A stretch of 63,802 nt of DNA, the filler included, from Klebsormidium nitens (taxonomy: Eukaryota; Plantae; Klebsormidiophyceae), in NCBI GenBank assembly GCA_000708835.1. It is 8 parts of 8 records of this genome, joined end to end, with 100 filler letters (N's around TTAATTAATTAA, not from the genome) between each part and the next. Parts side by side here need not be neighbours in the genome. Positions count along the whole stretch, not along the records: positions 20,001 to 28,955 come from DF238218.1; positions 29,056 to 34,018 come from DF238465.1; positions 34,119 to 49,629 come from DF238033.1; 5 more parts are not named here. The stretch is one strand, 5' to 3'. The notes under the pieces are model-generated. The model was not told the origin of the DNA. It was given only the letters and a program-made list of their open reading frames with translations, and searched no databases. The position numbers and the translations under genes were made by a program. Shown in pieces: positions 24,449-37,100 of the stretch; the first letter of the stretch is position 1; every line of letters begins with the position of its first letter.

Positions 24449-25394
24449 ATTTCAATGTTTGTCATAATAGGTTACTATCGGATGTTACCATTGAAACCCT
24501 ACCTCAAATCATTGTTGAACAACTGTTAGCGTTTCGAGCGCCCAACTGCGCTTCTGAAGAATAGCAGTAACTTTCATAAACCCACATTTTTTAAAATTCT
24601 CAACACTCTCCCACGCACGAATGACTTATGCACCTAACTCGTTTTTGCACTGTTTGAATGTCCACGCGTCATGCATTATGCGAATTCAACTCATCTCGCA
24701 GTGCCACGCCCCCTCGTGAAAACTTATAAACCTATATAATGTGCTTCGACCGTTGAAAAGCGATAAATGCTTTATATGCCGTATTGCCTTTGGTTATCGC
24801 AACATGTTTGAGCTGCCATTTTGATGTCCAAATCAAGATCTTTGCCAAGCTATCTAAGTTGACAGATGTTGCCCTTGAACATCATTGCTTCAATTTCGGT
24901 AGCCTTGCTTGCCGAGTTATGTTCTCTGCCAGATGTCACGTTTTGAGGGTGACCTAAAAGACATGGTCAATGTCTGTTATCGCAGCTCAAAGAGCCTGCA
25001 CATAAGATTGCCTTGTTCCAACTGTGACTACCTGGCCACTCCCCCCAAAAAACTCGAGAATCTCAAAAGAGGGTCTTGCATCCAATTGAGTGTTGGAAAA
25101 TGCTCGAATCCAAGATCCTTTTAAGGCAGCTACCATTCTAATCACGCGAGAGGCTACTCCTTTTGAATGTTCTCTTTTATCTTCAGCGCCAATTTAAGCT
25201 TCCAAAGGTTGAGATTGTTACAATTTCGGGCCAGTGTTTGAACCCTTACGCATTTTTAAAAGCTAGGACCTTTGCCTCGGCTTTCGTTCTTGTCGTAGTT
25301 TTCTTCCATCGATTCGTGCCGCCGAGTGACATAAGCAACAATACCATCCAATTCACCACCACCTCCATGCTTCGGCGTTAGGATTAAACCCTGT

Positions 25395-26350
25395 ACTCAT
25401 GCACCAAGAGCTTTAGCAAATTGCTTCCACCAAGCTTTGAGCGCCCTCCGAAGAATTCTCCTCATGGTACTAAACTAGCTCGGCAATCCCGCGGGCTCGC
25501 CTTAAAGGCCAGCTCACCTGGCTTCAGCTCTCGTAGACAACATGTTGTCAAGTCCCTATACAAATCCTTTCAAGTTGCTTACCCGACATACACAGTCATC
25601 ACAGGCTGGTTTTATGCGGATTCTGGGTCTGCGACGGTCCGTCGACGATCGGGCAACGGTTGCGCAGCCGTTGCCCGACTGTCGGGCAACAACTCCGCGA
25701 CACTCTCGAAAGTGTCGCGACAGTGTTGCAACACTACCTCAGTAATGCCTCTACATAGGGGCAAAAAAGAAAATTACACCGCGTTTCAAATTCCCTTGAA
25801 GACACAGTCTCTACTTCGGGACTTAAGGAGCCGAGGTCATTAGAAACATATTGTAACTTACAGGAGAGTGTGTCAACGAGGCGTTTTCAAATGGGACTGG
25901 TGTCAATCTGCTTCGACAATAGGCTTAGCAGCCTTGAAAAAGTCGGGTCCCGCAAGGCCGGCGCGCGAGTTTGACATTGACTTATTTACTAAATTCGCAG
26001 CCTACGATGTAAAACTTGTGGTCTGAAAATTTAACTCGGCAGTCGGTTGTATTGTTCGCGCATATATATCGAATGTCGAAAACGTGCTTTCAGTGTTGCG
26101 ACAGTATTGCAACGCTGTTGCAATGTTGTCGGGCGACTGTTGCCCAACAGTTGGGCAACGGTTGCCCGACCGTCGCGACGGTGTCGCGGAACCCGAAAAT
26201 GCGTATAACCAGCCTGTGATCGACTCATGTTCGGCTTCATGATAAAGGACCGCATTCCTTGCCTCAATTGCATATTGCTTGCGCTTTCGGAAGTTGCTTA
26301 GCATGTGATTATCTCAAGATAATCCCAAGCCTCCTTACGGCCTTACACGC
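25395..26350 (-). mobile_element. Old Copia gag relic interrupted by a TIR element
   Basis: AWDYLE...MQLRQGM..MKP lies on one side of the insertion and ESMTVYVG..KDLYRD on the other, collinear with the gag at 22300-22570. Confidence 0.7.
25600..26218. mobile_element. 619-bp non-autonomous TIR element (CACAGGC...GCCTGTG) with ~140-bp imperfect TIRs built from 11-bp subrepeats; 2-bp TSD AT
   Basis: Ends are CACAGGCTGGTT.TA.GC. Subrepeats include GGGCAACGGTT, GCGCAGCCGTT and GCCCGACTGTC. Removing the element and one AT restores codon alignment of the host gag relic. Confidence 0.85.
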
Positions 26351-27436
26351 CTCAAATGATGGCCATTTGAACATCAGCTCTATAATATATTGGACATCGC
26401 CTTTGACAATTTAGTTGTCTGAGCTACGACATCCATAAGTTTGTTCCACATATTATTCCGTGTCAACGAGAGGATATTCTTGCGACTTCAATTGATATAG
26501 TCGTCTACGTAGACCAAGCTTCTTTGTGTGAATTCTGAATTCATCAACCATTTCAAGGTTTGCGGTGCTTCCTTTTCCTTTTTTTGTTGGAAGCGAATGT
26601 TACTTTTAGACTTTTTCTGCCATTTGATTTCCTTTGCAAGATTTTGAATATCATCTAGCTGAGAAGGAACTCGTGATGAAGCAGCCCGCCCCTACCAAGG
26701 CCTTCGTTGATGGATTAGAAGCTAAATCTGAGTTTCTCCTAAGTTGCACCGCGTGTTGCCGCTTTTGTTCAAAGATGGAACGTGGTTTCGTTTTTGCACA
26801 TCTCAACTGGTGCCTCCTTAATGGCTGCAATTGAACGTGACTATCAATTGATTGCAGGCTTACCACTGGGCCATCATTGCGCCAGCCTACTGTAGAAGTT
26901 GTTGACAAGTGGAGCCTTGTGGGCTGCCCTTGAGATGACCTCATTGGAGGTTTACTAGACCAGGGTCGAGGGTGAAATCCCGCCTGGTGCGCATTTTGGC
27001 ACAGAGGTTCGAATTGCGCAAAGGGTGCTGATTGTTTGCGGGCATGTGGACGGACACTTAGCTCTAACGTGACAGTTGGTGAAGTGTCTTATGCATGGGT
27101 TAAAATCCACGGTAAATCCACTCTTTAGGGTTTTTGTTTTTTTTCCTTTAAAAATGGAAGCAGAAACAGAGGTCCATCTGGAATGGAGCACCGCAATTAG
27201 TTATTGTAAAGCCGTAGAAGGAGGCATTTCGGCGATTTCTAGTGGAATCCATGGACAAGGAACTGCATTTTTCACTATTAAATAAAACGTGGGAGAGCGT
27301 TGCAAAACAAAGAGGCATAAGCCATTCTCAAAGAGTGGTTATGCATGGGATTCAAGTTGCATCTGTGCAAACGGTTGCAAGCACTGCGTAGGGCGGTTTC
27401 AAAAGTTAGCCGGGGGTCAGTCTAATTGAAGTTTTG

Positions 27437-28058
27437 CACGGGCTACTTATATGCAATTCCGGGTACCGCGACACCGTCGCAACGGTCGGGCAATCGTTGC
27501 GCATCCGTTGGCCAACTGTTGCGCAACAACATTGCAACAGCGTTGCAACATTGTTGCGACACTGAAACTTACATTTTCGACGCTCGATACACATACGTCG
27601 ACAGCATAAGCGCTTACTGAGTTGAAATTTCACCCCACGGAGCGTACATCGCAAACTCAGAAATTTATCGATAGCCCGACATGAAACTCGCGCGTAGGCC
27701 TTGCGGAACCCGAGGTTTTCTAGGTTGCAGAGCCTATTGTCGAAGCCGATTGACACATCTACCATTTCAAAATGCCAAATTGAAACACTCTGCTGTAAGT
27801 TACAATATGTTTCTAGTGCCTTGGGCTGCTTAAGTCCTAAAGTAGAGGGTGTTTCTTCGAACGAAGATGAAACGCGCTGTAATTTGCTTTTTTGCCCCTA
27901 TTTACGGGCAAATCACTGAGCAAATGTTGCAACACTGTCGCGACGTTTTTCGGAGTATTGCGGAGTTGTTGCGCAGCGATTGGGCAACAACTGCGCAGCT
28001 GTTGCTGGACCGTCGACGGACCCTCGCGGAACTGGGGTCTGCATATAACTGGCCTGTG
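27437..28058. mobile_element. 622-bp second copy of the 25600-26218 element in inverted orientation; TG flanks
   Basis: CACGGGC...GCCTGTG termini. Its reverse complement aligns across the whole length with 25600-26218 (e.g. AGAAACATATTGTAACTTACAG, GTGTCAATC.GCTTCGACAATAGGCT). TG is present on both flanks. Confidence 0.85.
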
Positions 28059-29851
28059 TGACGGTGGCGGTGGAGCACTTTGAAAGCAGCATATTGCTTG
28101 GAATAGCGGTAGAGGCGCTGCACAAGGCAGCATAAGAAGGCGCTGGCACGCTGCATAGGATAGCAAAAACGTGGGCTGTGCAATATATATATAAGTTTGC
28201 GATCGATACGTTTGAGCGGTGATGAAAATGGTGCCAGTGGTCACTTTCGGTCTGGCATTACCGGCAAGATTGCCACAAAGGGCATGTGGTTCGTTCTCAG
28301 TTAAATCTCTGTGGCGAACGGCGCCATGACTTTTAAGAAGTATGAAATATGACGGCGGCCCGGGGGCCGGATGCCTTTGACACGGCCGATGTTTTGAAAC
28401 GGTTTGGCGGCCCGGCAAAGTAAACGCGGTCGACAAAACTTCGTCTTCACTGACTCAATGACCGGACTGGCCGCCAAAAAAATATGGTGTAGCTTATATT
28501 GTTGGTAGTCACTACTAGTACGTGCTCAAGACTGGTAGCCTTAAAGGGCACGCTGAGTGCCCGACAATAACAGAATCAGGGAGCAATATGTTGAAATCAC
28601 ACGCTCATGCTTGGATCCTACGAGGGATTTAACCACCCTCTCACACAAGCGCCTTCACAAAAGAAGCGCCCTAACTCTCACCAAGCATCTCTTAGTATGA
28701 AATGAATTGGGTTCTTTACATGTTGTCCAAGTCTTATAGCCTAGCTCAAGCCTAGCATTAACCCTAGGTGTTTCAATCGACGAATCGACGGTCCGTATTC
28801 GTCGTTGCCTATATAGAACCCATCGAACGGCTACACCGAAGTACACATCACAAAAGAACCCTTTCACTATGAACTCAATCCTAGGGCTCACTTTTCGCGC
28901 ATCTTATGGTGGATATTCAATCATGCAAGCTCACAATGGTACGGCCGACCTTGTGNNNNNNNNNNNNNNNNNNNNNNNNNNNNNNNNNNNNNNNNNNNNT
29001 TAATTAATTAANNNNNNNNNNNNNNNNNNNNNNNNNNNNNNNNNNNNNNNNNNNNCAGAAAAAGAAAAGAACTTGGGAAGAAGGCAAGAGAGCAACAATT
29101 TTTCTGAGAGGCGCTCTTGCTGAAGGTGAACCTAAGTTGGGCTGAAAAGCTGGGCATGGATTCCGCACATGTCTAGCAGACGGGCAGCGTTGAAACCCGT
29201 CCAACCGTCACATCATCATGGTCTATCGCCCCGCTGTGGCTTCCTGCAGGTAAGTGAAGCGGTTTCTGCAATGTCAAGATTGGCCACAACATTTCTGGGC
29301 CCTCTGAAAATAGCTCCTTGACACATCGTGCATGCACAGGTTGCCTGTTCTCTGCTTTTAACACACTTTGCTTTTGACAACTGATGTTTGCGGCCACGTA
29401 CGTCTCGTACGCTTCTAATACGCTTCTGGCTCTCCGTACTGATTGTGATAATCTTCTTGTCTGAATCTCCCAACCATTTGTAAAAACACTTATCATTCAG
29501 ACTGCACCCTTCTCAGTTTCGCTTTAGTAAACCAGCGTATTGCCAAAAGAGACACTACTCTCCCTTGCACTGTTAGAAGATGCAATCTCGTGAAACACTG
29601 TCTGGATTCTTTCCACGCCTTCAACATACTTTCTCATAGACTAGCTTTTATTCTGCAAAGTCTCATAATTCTCGGTAAACAATGCTCGGGTACGACTGCA
29701 ATCTCCTATTCTTTCAAAGCCCCAGCACACCGAGCTCCATGCTGTCAGCTATGCTGCTTGCCAGTCACACGTCATTCGTTCTATGTCCAGTCGTTCCGAC
29801 TACTCTTTTCCCTTTCATTTTAAAAATCAGTCTGCATACTGCAGGTATTCT

Positions 29852-32125
29852 ATGACACAAGACCCTGTGTCGCTAAAGATCGTGGATGGGCGCACTACTA
29901 TCGTGAAGTCTGAAGAGCCGATCGTTAAGCAGGAGGAAGTGCCCACTGCTTTCGACGACTTGAAGCCGGGAGGGGTAAGAGACAACGCTTTCTTCTGGTT
30001 TCCTGCGGCACTTCTTTGTAACAAGAATTGCCCCCACGCCGCAAGGTGTACGCAAGATTGTCTGGTAACTGTGCACACTCTGGCGATCAGCACCGTGTTA
30101 CTAATAAGCTCGTTGAGACCTTCCAGCGCTTTTCAATCATCTACTTCGTTCTCGCGTCCTCAGCGGACTTGCGTAGCTCTACCTTTCTACGGCACCTTGC
30201 AAACACTGATCTCCCGTTGGTACGCTGGGGAAGTTGTCTTTGTCCACCTGTCCAGCATACTTACACAGCTCTTTCTCTATTTGCCAAATTTACGAACACT
30301 GACCTCTCGTTGAACCGCTGAAGAAGTCTTCATTGCATACCTGCTCTGTGAAACCGTTTGTTGCTGAGACTCATAACTCCGCGTCGACCCCCCTGGAAGC
30401 GTTAAGTCAACGTAGTCAGCAGAATTGGTGAGTAGCCAAGAAAATCATCATACACTGCACATCACAGAAAAACAAGCTCAAACTTCTTCACTTTTTTGCC
30501 TTTTCAGGTACACGTGATTGAAGGTCTTCTGATCTTCAAGTCACTGCTCGGCAAACCGACTACTTCCAGAGGCGAGCGGGATGTCATCAAGCTCGTCATC
30601 AAGGATCCATGGGCGGCGTAGCTATCTGGGGAGACGTCGCGCATCTTTTGGAGCTGCAGGACATGAAGGCCAGACGGGATGTGGTCGTGATAACCGCAGT
30701 GCAGTTCGACCGCGAGCAGGGCTGCAGCAGCACAAGAAAGTGAGAAAATTTTCCCGAGAAGCCACTGTCCACGACTTGCGAGCTGTCGTCTTCGAACAAC
30801 ATGCAACGGTTTGCCATTTATGCAAATCACGCTGACATTGCTGACATTCGGTTACGATCACTCGCTGACTTATCTTGACCTAACTAGCTATTTGAGATCT
30901 AACCTCCTACAGTGACTGCGTTCTTGATAAGACTACTGCACAGCTTCTGCCTGCACGACCGCGGCACAGGACGTTTATGGAATTCGATTAAAGGACCGTT
31001 TCATCTCTCTCATCCCGCAAAATATTGGATCGTATTGCTTGTCAATAAAGTCATCACCACTGTTTGACTTTCTTCTGTTTGCGCTCGCAGTACGCAGATA
31101 GTTCTGACCAACAAGCCGGCACTCGAGATCGCCGGAATCGGGCTGTCGTACCGGGTAGCGACGACTGATGACGTCACTCCCTGGAGCCGCGTCACCCAGT
31201 CGTTCGCCGGCACAAAGTGGATTAGCGCTACGATCTTGGCGACGTTCGCCGGCTTCCAGCGCATCGATTCTGTCGCATTCGGCTGCTACAAGTGCGGCGG
31301 TTCAGCGAGCCGTCACCCACTGACGGGCGACATCTACTGCGACCTCGGCTGTACCCCTGAAGCACTCAGCAACTTCTGTGTCGAAGTCACTGCAACGGTC
31401 GACGTGCGCGTCGACGCTGGACGTAAGTGACAAGATTTTGCATTCTGTACGATTTGACGTTAATAAGTCTGCGTGCGCAGACTTCGCTGTAAAGTGGTCG
31501 GGCTCTGACATTGCTGCTGTAATGATTGCACCCAGCAAGAGTCTCTCAATTGTTGAATTCCGGGCCTGCAACCGCTTAATACTATGGCCCCTTACAAACG
31601 TAGCTCGTTGCTGCAGGTTTTGCCAATCGTGAGCTTTGTTGTTGCCTATGCTGACGTCATAAGACGCTGTCTGACGTCACTGACTCAATCGTCTTTCCTG
31701 TGAGAGCTACAAGAATCTCTGTTTCGCGGACTTATCTTACTTCGACAGATCTTATGCAAGAGCTGCAAGCGATCTTCTCCCTAATACATCGACTTCAGCG
31801 TTATCAACCCAATGCGAGATGATCAATTCCTCTTCTTTCTTTGTGTGCAGCTGACGTCATCACGGCAAAAGTGTGGCCCAACGAGTTCCCGCTAGTGACT
31901 GGAGCACACATGGAGAGTTTCTCGAAGCAGCCAGCGCACGAGCAAGTGGACAGCCTCAACACACGCTTCAAGAACCACACTTTCGCGATGCACGTGCGCA
32001 TTCGCGAAAATCCCAACACCCAGTATAGCCACGTCAACCCGTACCAAGCTAACATAGTGAGCTTAGACCTGCCGCCGGAGTTCGGCTTCTTCGGGACTAA
32101 GAGAGGGAAGCGCGATGACAAGTAG
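29852..32125 (+). pseudogene. Divergent RPA70/RFA1-like OB-fold ssDNA-binding protein gene with one frameshift; putative exons 29852-29974, 30046-30219, 30508-30739, 31091-31422, 31851-32125
   Basis: Four GT-AG introns are phase-consistent, except exon 3 is 1 nt short (frameshift near 30605-30612). Features: DBD-B-like DVIKLVIKD.(M)GGVAIWGDVA...VVVITAV..., linker TQIVLTNKPALE, and DBD-C-like zinc ribbon CYKC-x14-CDLGC followed by TATVDVRVDAG and FAMHVRIRE. Confidence 0.6.
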
Positions 32126-32873
32126 ATCACCGAGACATATGCAGCATCAGCGGGACCTTCTAGCTAGCTATCAAAAAGTTCGGTACGTAGATATGCAGAA
32201 CACCTCCACATACCGGTAAAGAATGTAGGCAAGTCGTAAAAGAACAACGAGTCTGTGAATCAGACGGAGCAGGCTATCGCTCCTTAATGTACAAAAGATT
32301 GCACCTTTGTCGTCTATCCAAGATGCACGTACATGATGATACGAGTTCGTTCAAATGTGCGCCATGCTGCATGCTGGAAAATGCGCTTTGCAATATCTGG
32401 ATTCTTGCAATAAGTTGCTCGCAGTCTGAACAATCGTAGAAGTCCACATCCGTTACACATTTATGTGTATTGCACACAAGCGCACTGTCCTACGATTTTC
32501 TTGGAAGCTTCTCCTATGAATTAACCTACTCATCTTCATTCTTCTATGAATCAAGCGTTCTTGTGCCCACCACTCTCTGCAGATGGACCTGCATAGACAA
32601 GATGAAACAATTCATTTCGCCTTCTCAGCAATCAAGTTTCCAACTACACAGTCACGTCTACTACAGCATCGCTTGTGGCGAAGTCTTAAAAGTGCGCACA
32701 CAATTGCGATGCCCTTAACTGCTTCAGATGAAAAGCTATTCTGCACTATCACATGAAATACAGCAAGCTGGGAATTTCGGTTCCGTGTAAGATTTCGCCA
32801 GCCTGCAGCCCGGAACTCACAACATAGGCATTTCTTCTGCACCTACGAGCATTCAAGAAATGCAGTATCAACC

Positions 32874-33829
32874 TCAGAAAACTCTATCCGAGTCAAGGCC
32901 GCTCACCGGATGGTATAACGAGTACAGTATGGCGCGGAGGGCCCAGCACGCTGCTGGCGCTCGGTACGTGCGGCAGAGCTGGCGGTGTGACGAGCATGTC
33001 GCCGGGTTCAAGTCCTGCAGCGCGCGCGCGTTCTGCTGCACAAGCGCGGCCGCAGAAACACGTCTCAAGCAGACAGCAGTATGATTTGTCTTGAGCGGGC
33101 AGTACGCTAGCCTTCACAGATTCCAACGAACTTGCCAATTGAGCACAGCTTTGATCGTATCAGCATAGCAGTTCTGTCAATGCGTATCGTACCTGCCCTT
33201 TCTTGTCGCTTAGCAGTCTGCATATCATCCCGCACATCGAACGTTACGATCCCGTCATCCCCCACTTGAGTGTGCTGCTGGATGCGCCTAACCTGCAGCG
33301 AGTAAGCTTATCACTGGCATTGATTTCGAAGGAAGACTTGCATGCGAAATTCTCAGCTTACTGTATCAATCCAAAGACATCTCCTAAGTACTACCGACAT
33401 TGGATCTGCAACACTTTTATCTCCTCAACGTACAATAAGACAGCAGAGAATAGACAGCACAAATCTTATACTGACGTGGAAGGTTTCTTGGTAATGCACA
33501 TCCTCATCCGCTTGAGTCTGCAGAGCGCTAGGAATGTCGCCTGCATTCAGCTCGTCCGCTACAATCTTGTACCCGACAGGCAGCCCGTGATGCGAATGCT
33601 CTGCCTTCTCGCACTCTTTGATAATCTGCAGCTTGTTCTTGTGTTTGCCGTCGGGACACACGATGTAGGTGAGATGCTTGGACATGCCGTGATCGGGCTT
33701 TTCCCATTCCTGCATCCAACCACAGAGCTCTTTAAAATCCAAGTGGACTATTTCTACTGCATTCTTGGTACATGTCTGCGAAACAAATCTACCAAAGAGC
33801 TGCCGAAAGCTGTCTTCTAAACACTGCAT
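32874..33829 (-). CDS. Unidentified, probably degenerate multi-exon gene (candidate exons ~33829-33476, 33292-33193, ~33108-32902)
   Basis: Open frames with GT-AG boundaries and a GC-rich third exon. One frame reads LEPGDMLVTPPALPHVP...PRHTVLVIP (cupin/2OG-Fe(II)-like), but the simplest splice phase selects another frame. Confidence 0.3.
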
Positions 33830-34118
33830 TTACAACTTCAGTGAGGATACGTAGGATTACCTTGTCCCTAGCGAAGATGACCCGGAAATGTGTCACGTGC
33901 AGAAACCTGTCTCCTCTATAAAAGATTTCTTCGAACGACACTGCCTTGCTGTAACGGCATGACTGCGCACCGACTTCTGGCTGCGCGCCAAACTCGCGGC
34001 CGCGCATCGTCCGTTATTNNNNNNNNNNNNNNNNNNNNNNNNNNNNNNNNNNNNNNNNNNNNTTAATTAATTAANNNNNNNNNNNNNNNNNNNNNNNNNN
34101 NNNNNNNNNNNNNNNNNN

Positions 34119-37100
34119 GATGGGACTTACGACCTGGGCTCAGAGTCAAACACCTGGAAGTCTCTGCATGCAGTAGATGCAACTCTGAGCGGCCCCCTGA
34201 CCGCTGGAGGGGCCACACTATCGGGTGACCCGGACCTGGGGAGCAACAACATCAGCTGCACGGGCGACCTGGGCCCGCTGGCGAGCCTGACTGCTGAAAG
34301 TGCTGACATGGGAACGCTGCAGGTTGGATACCACTTTACGGTCCAGGATGGGGCCACCGTCTCGCTTGCTGCCCCGCTCAATCCAGGCAGCAACAATCAA
34401 TATGACCTCGGCTCCGTGTCCAACTCGTGGCGCACTGTCTATGCCAGCAACGCAAACCTTGCTGGCTCTTTGACTGCGCGTGGCGCATCTCTGTCAGCAC
34501 CCCTCTCACTGGGGAGCAATGGGGTGACCCTCACCGGCCAGATTGCCAGCTCGAGCAGCAGAGCATCTGCTCTCTACTCGTCCGTTGTAGACGTTAACAC
34601 GTCCCTTGTAAACAGCAAACTGACCTTACAACCTGGCTCTACCACCAACCTCTCAACAGATTTGCAGCCAGGGAGCAACTCGACGTTCAGCCTTGGCAGC
34701 TCAAACAGCGGTTGGAAAACCTTGTACGCAAGCAACGCTGTGCTTAGTGGCGGGCTCACCTGCAAGGGTGTGGATACGCAGGGTTCAAACATCAGTGCAG
34801 GTTCGGGGAGCCTGACAGGGGCTTCTGCCAGTGTGTCCAACCTGACCGTCAATGTGGGCGGTTCGACCTTGTTCTACACATCGCTCACGCCTGGCAGCAC
34901 TGGTGCGTATGATATCGGGTCTTCTTCGGTGCTCTGGCGGAACGTGTATGCGAGCAACCTGACGGTCACTGGAACGCTGAACCTGAGCAGCAATGCCATG
35001 TCTTCAACCCAGGGTTCTCCGAGCAGCGGGATTGCAGTCTATGGAACAACTGTTGATGCAAATTACGTTGTCATCAACAATGACCTGACTGTTGGGTCTA
35101 GCGCAACGACCAGTTTTGCAACCTCGCTCTTGCCGGGAAGCAATGGCGTCTACAATATTGGGCCTGCCGGCAGTACCTGGAATGCAATCTATGGGTCCAA
35201 TGTTACACTCTCAGGACCGTTGACAGCGGCTTCTGGCATAACCTCATCGAACGGTCTCACAGTTGCTGCTGGGTCGGCTTCTTTTGGGAGCAACGTTTCG
35301 TTGACCGGCCCACTGACGGTCGCAGGCGGGCTGACCTCGTCCAACGGGCTGTCAGTTTCGGCAGGGACAGCGAGCTTTGGGAGCAATGTAACGGTCTCGG
35401 GCCCACTGACAACGGCAGGTGGTATCACCTCGTCAAACGGGCTCACAATCACCGCTGGGTCGGCTTCTTTTGGGAGCAATGTGTCGATAACCGGCCCACT
35501 GACGGCCTCAGGTGGGTTGACCTCGTCGAATGGGCTGACAGTTACTGCGGGCACAGCAACCTTTGGAAGCAATATTGCAGTCTCAGGGCCACTGACAGCG
35601 TCAGGTGGTATGACCTCGTCAAACGGTCTGACGGTCTCTGCTGGTACGGCATCCTTTGGGAGCAACCTGTCGGTTACTGGGACAGCAAGCTTTGGGAGTA
35701 ACGTGGGCATATCGGGCCCACTTGTAGCAAGTGGCGGGCTCACCTCGTCAAACGGACTCACAATCACCGCTGGATCCGCTTCTTTTGGGAGCAATGTGTC
35801 GGTCACCGGCCCACTGACGGCCGCAGGTGGATTGGCTTCGTCGAATGGTCTGTCAATTACTGCGGGCACCGCAACCTTTGGAAGCAATATTGCAGTTTCG
35901 GGGCCACTGACAGCGTCAGGTGGAATCACCTCATCAAACGGTCTGACAGTCGCTGCCGGAACAGCAACTTTCGGCAGCAACCTCGTAGCCTCGGGCCCTA
36001 TCACCGGTTCGAATGGCCTGACAATAGTTGGGGGCAGCGTCAGCTTTGCGAGCAATCTCACAGTTGCTGGGGCGATTGTCTCCTCAAACGGTGTAACAGG
36101 GTCTTCCTTCAGCACGACCGGGGCAATCAGTGCAGGAACGGGCAATTTCTCTGGGGACGTGACAGTTTCTGGAAACTTCAATGTTGGGGGCCGCATCGAT
36201 TATGTCAGCACTTCGGAGCTGCTTGTGGCGGACAAGCATATTACGCTCGCATCCTCATCCAATCCAACGGACGCACTTGCAAGCGGGGCGGGCCTCTACA
36301 TACAAGGGTCCAATTATGCAGCTTCCAACAGCACAATATCTTTCACATGGAATACCGGTGCAAACGGGAACTACTGGCTTACAAAGGGAGGGAACGTGGC
36401 GCTCCAGGGGACGAGCGGGTCCAAGATGGTGACCCTCTCAACGGCTTCTGACGGGTCCTTGAAGCTTCTCTCTGATGATGGGACGACCGCTACCAGTACG
36501 GCAGCTCTTGGTGTACCTCTCATACCTGCCAGCTCTGCCCTGGACATTGGCAGCTCGTCTAACCTTTGGGGAACACTGTACGCGTCAAGCATTGGGAGTG
36601 CATCGAAGCTCGTCCCTGTCTTTGCATCTACCGTCAGCTGCAGCAACCTGACAGCAACAGCTGCGATCACCGGAGGAAGCCTCTCTGCTGGCACTGGATC
36701 ACTCACGGCCGGGGCGGCCACACTGGGGGCGCTCTCGTGCACAACCATCTCCACAAACAACTGCAATGTCTCTGTAGGCACCGGTTCTATAACGGCCGGT
36801 GCAGTGACTTTTGGGGCGGTCACGTGCGGCTCGATTGGAACCCAAGGCAATTCGATCAGTGCAGGAGCGGTTTCGTGCACGAGTGTGAACCCTGGGGCTT
36901 CCAACTCGTACGACGTGGGAAGCAGCTCGCTGACATGGCGCAACGCCTACTTTGCGGGCACCGTGAGCGCAGGCACTTACTCTGGCCTCACCCAAAAGTA
37001 TTGGAACAAGTACAACCTGGGGCTCATCAACGAGACCACGGGCTATCACAAGGTTGCAACGTTGCTCCCCTGGATCGGCGCAAACAATTTCGTCCTGAGG

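Noticed and set aside
28587-28955. TGTTGAAA-starting segment as another LTR
   Set aside because: Only the terminal octamer resembles the Copia LTR; there is no PBS, PPT or second copy in the window.
32860-33084. Plus-strand ORF with RRAQHAAGARYVRQ resembling a GIY-YIG nuclease
   Set aside because: No GIY/YIG N-terminal motifs or catalytic Glu region, and splice signals favour a minus-strand gene here.
35189-36196. 335-aa repetitive antisense ORF (and similar antisense ORFs over 41500-48500)
   Set aside because: Shadow frames of the Gly/Ser/Thr-rich fibre genes, whose codon usage leaves the opposite strand stop-poor.
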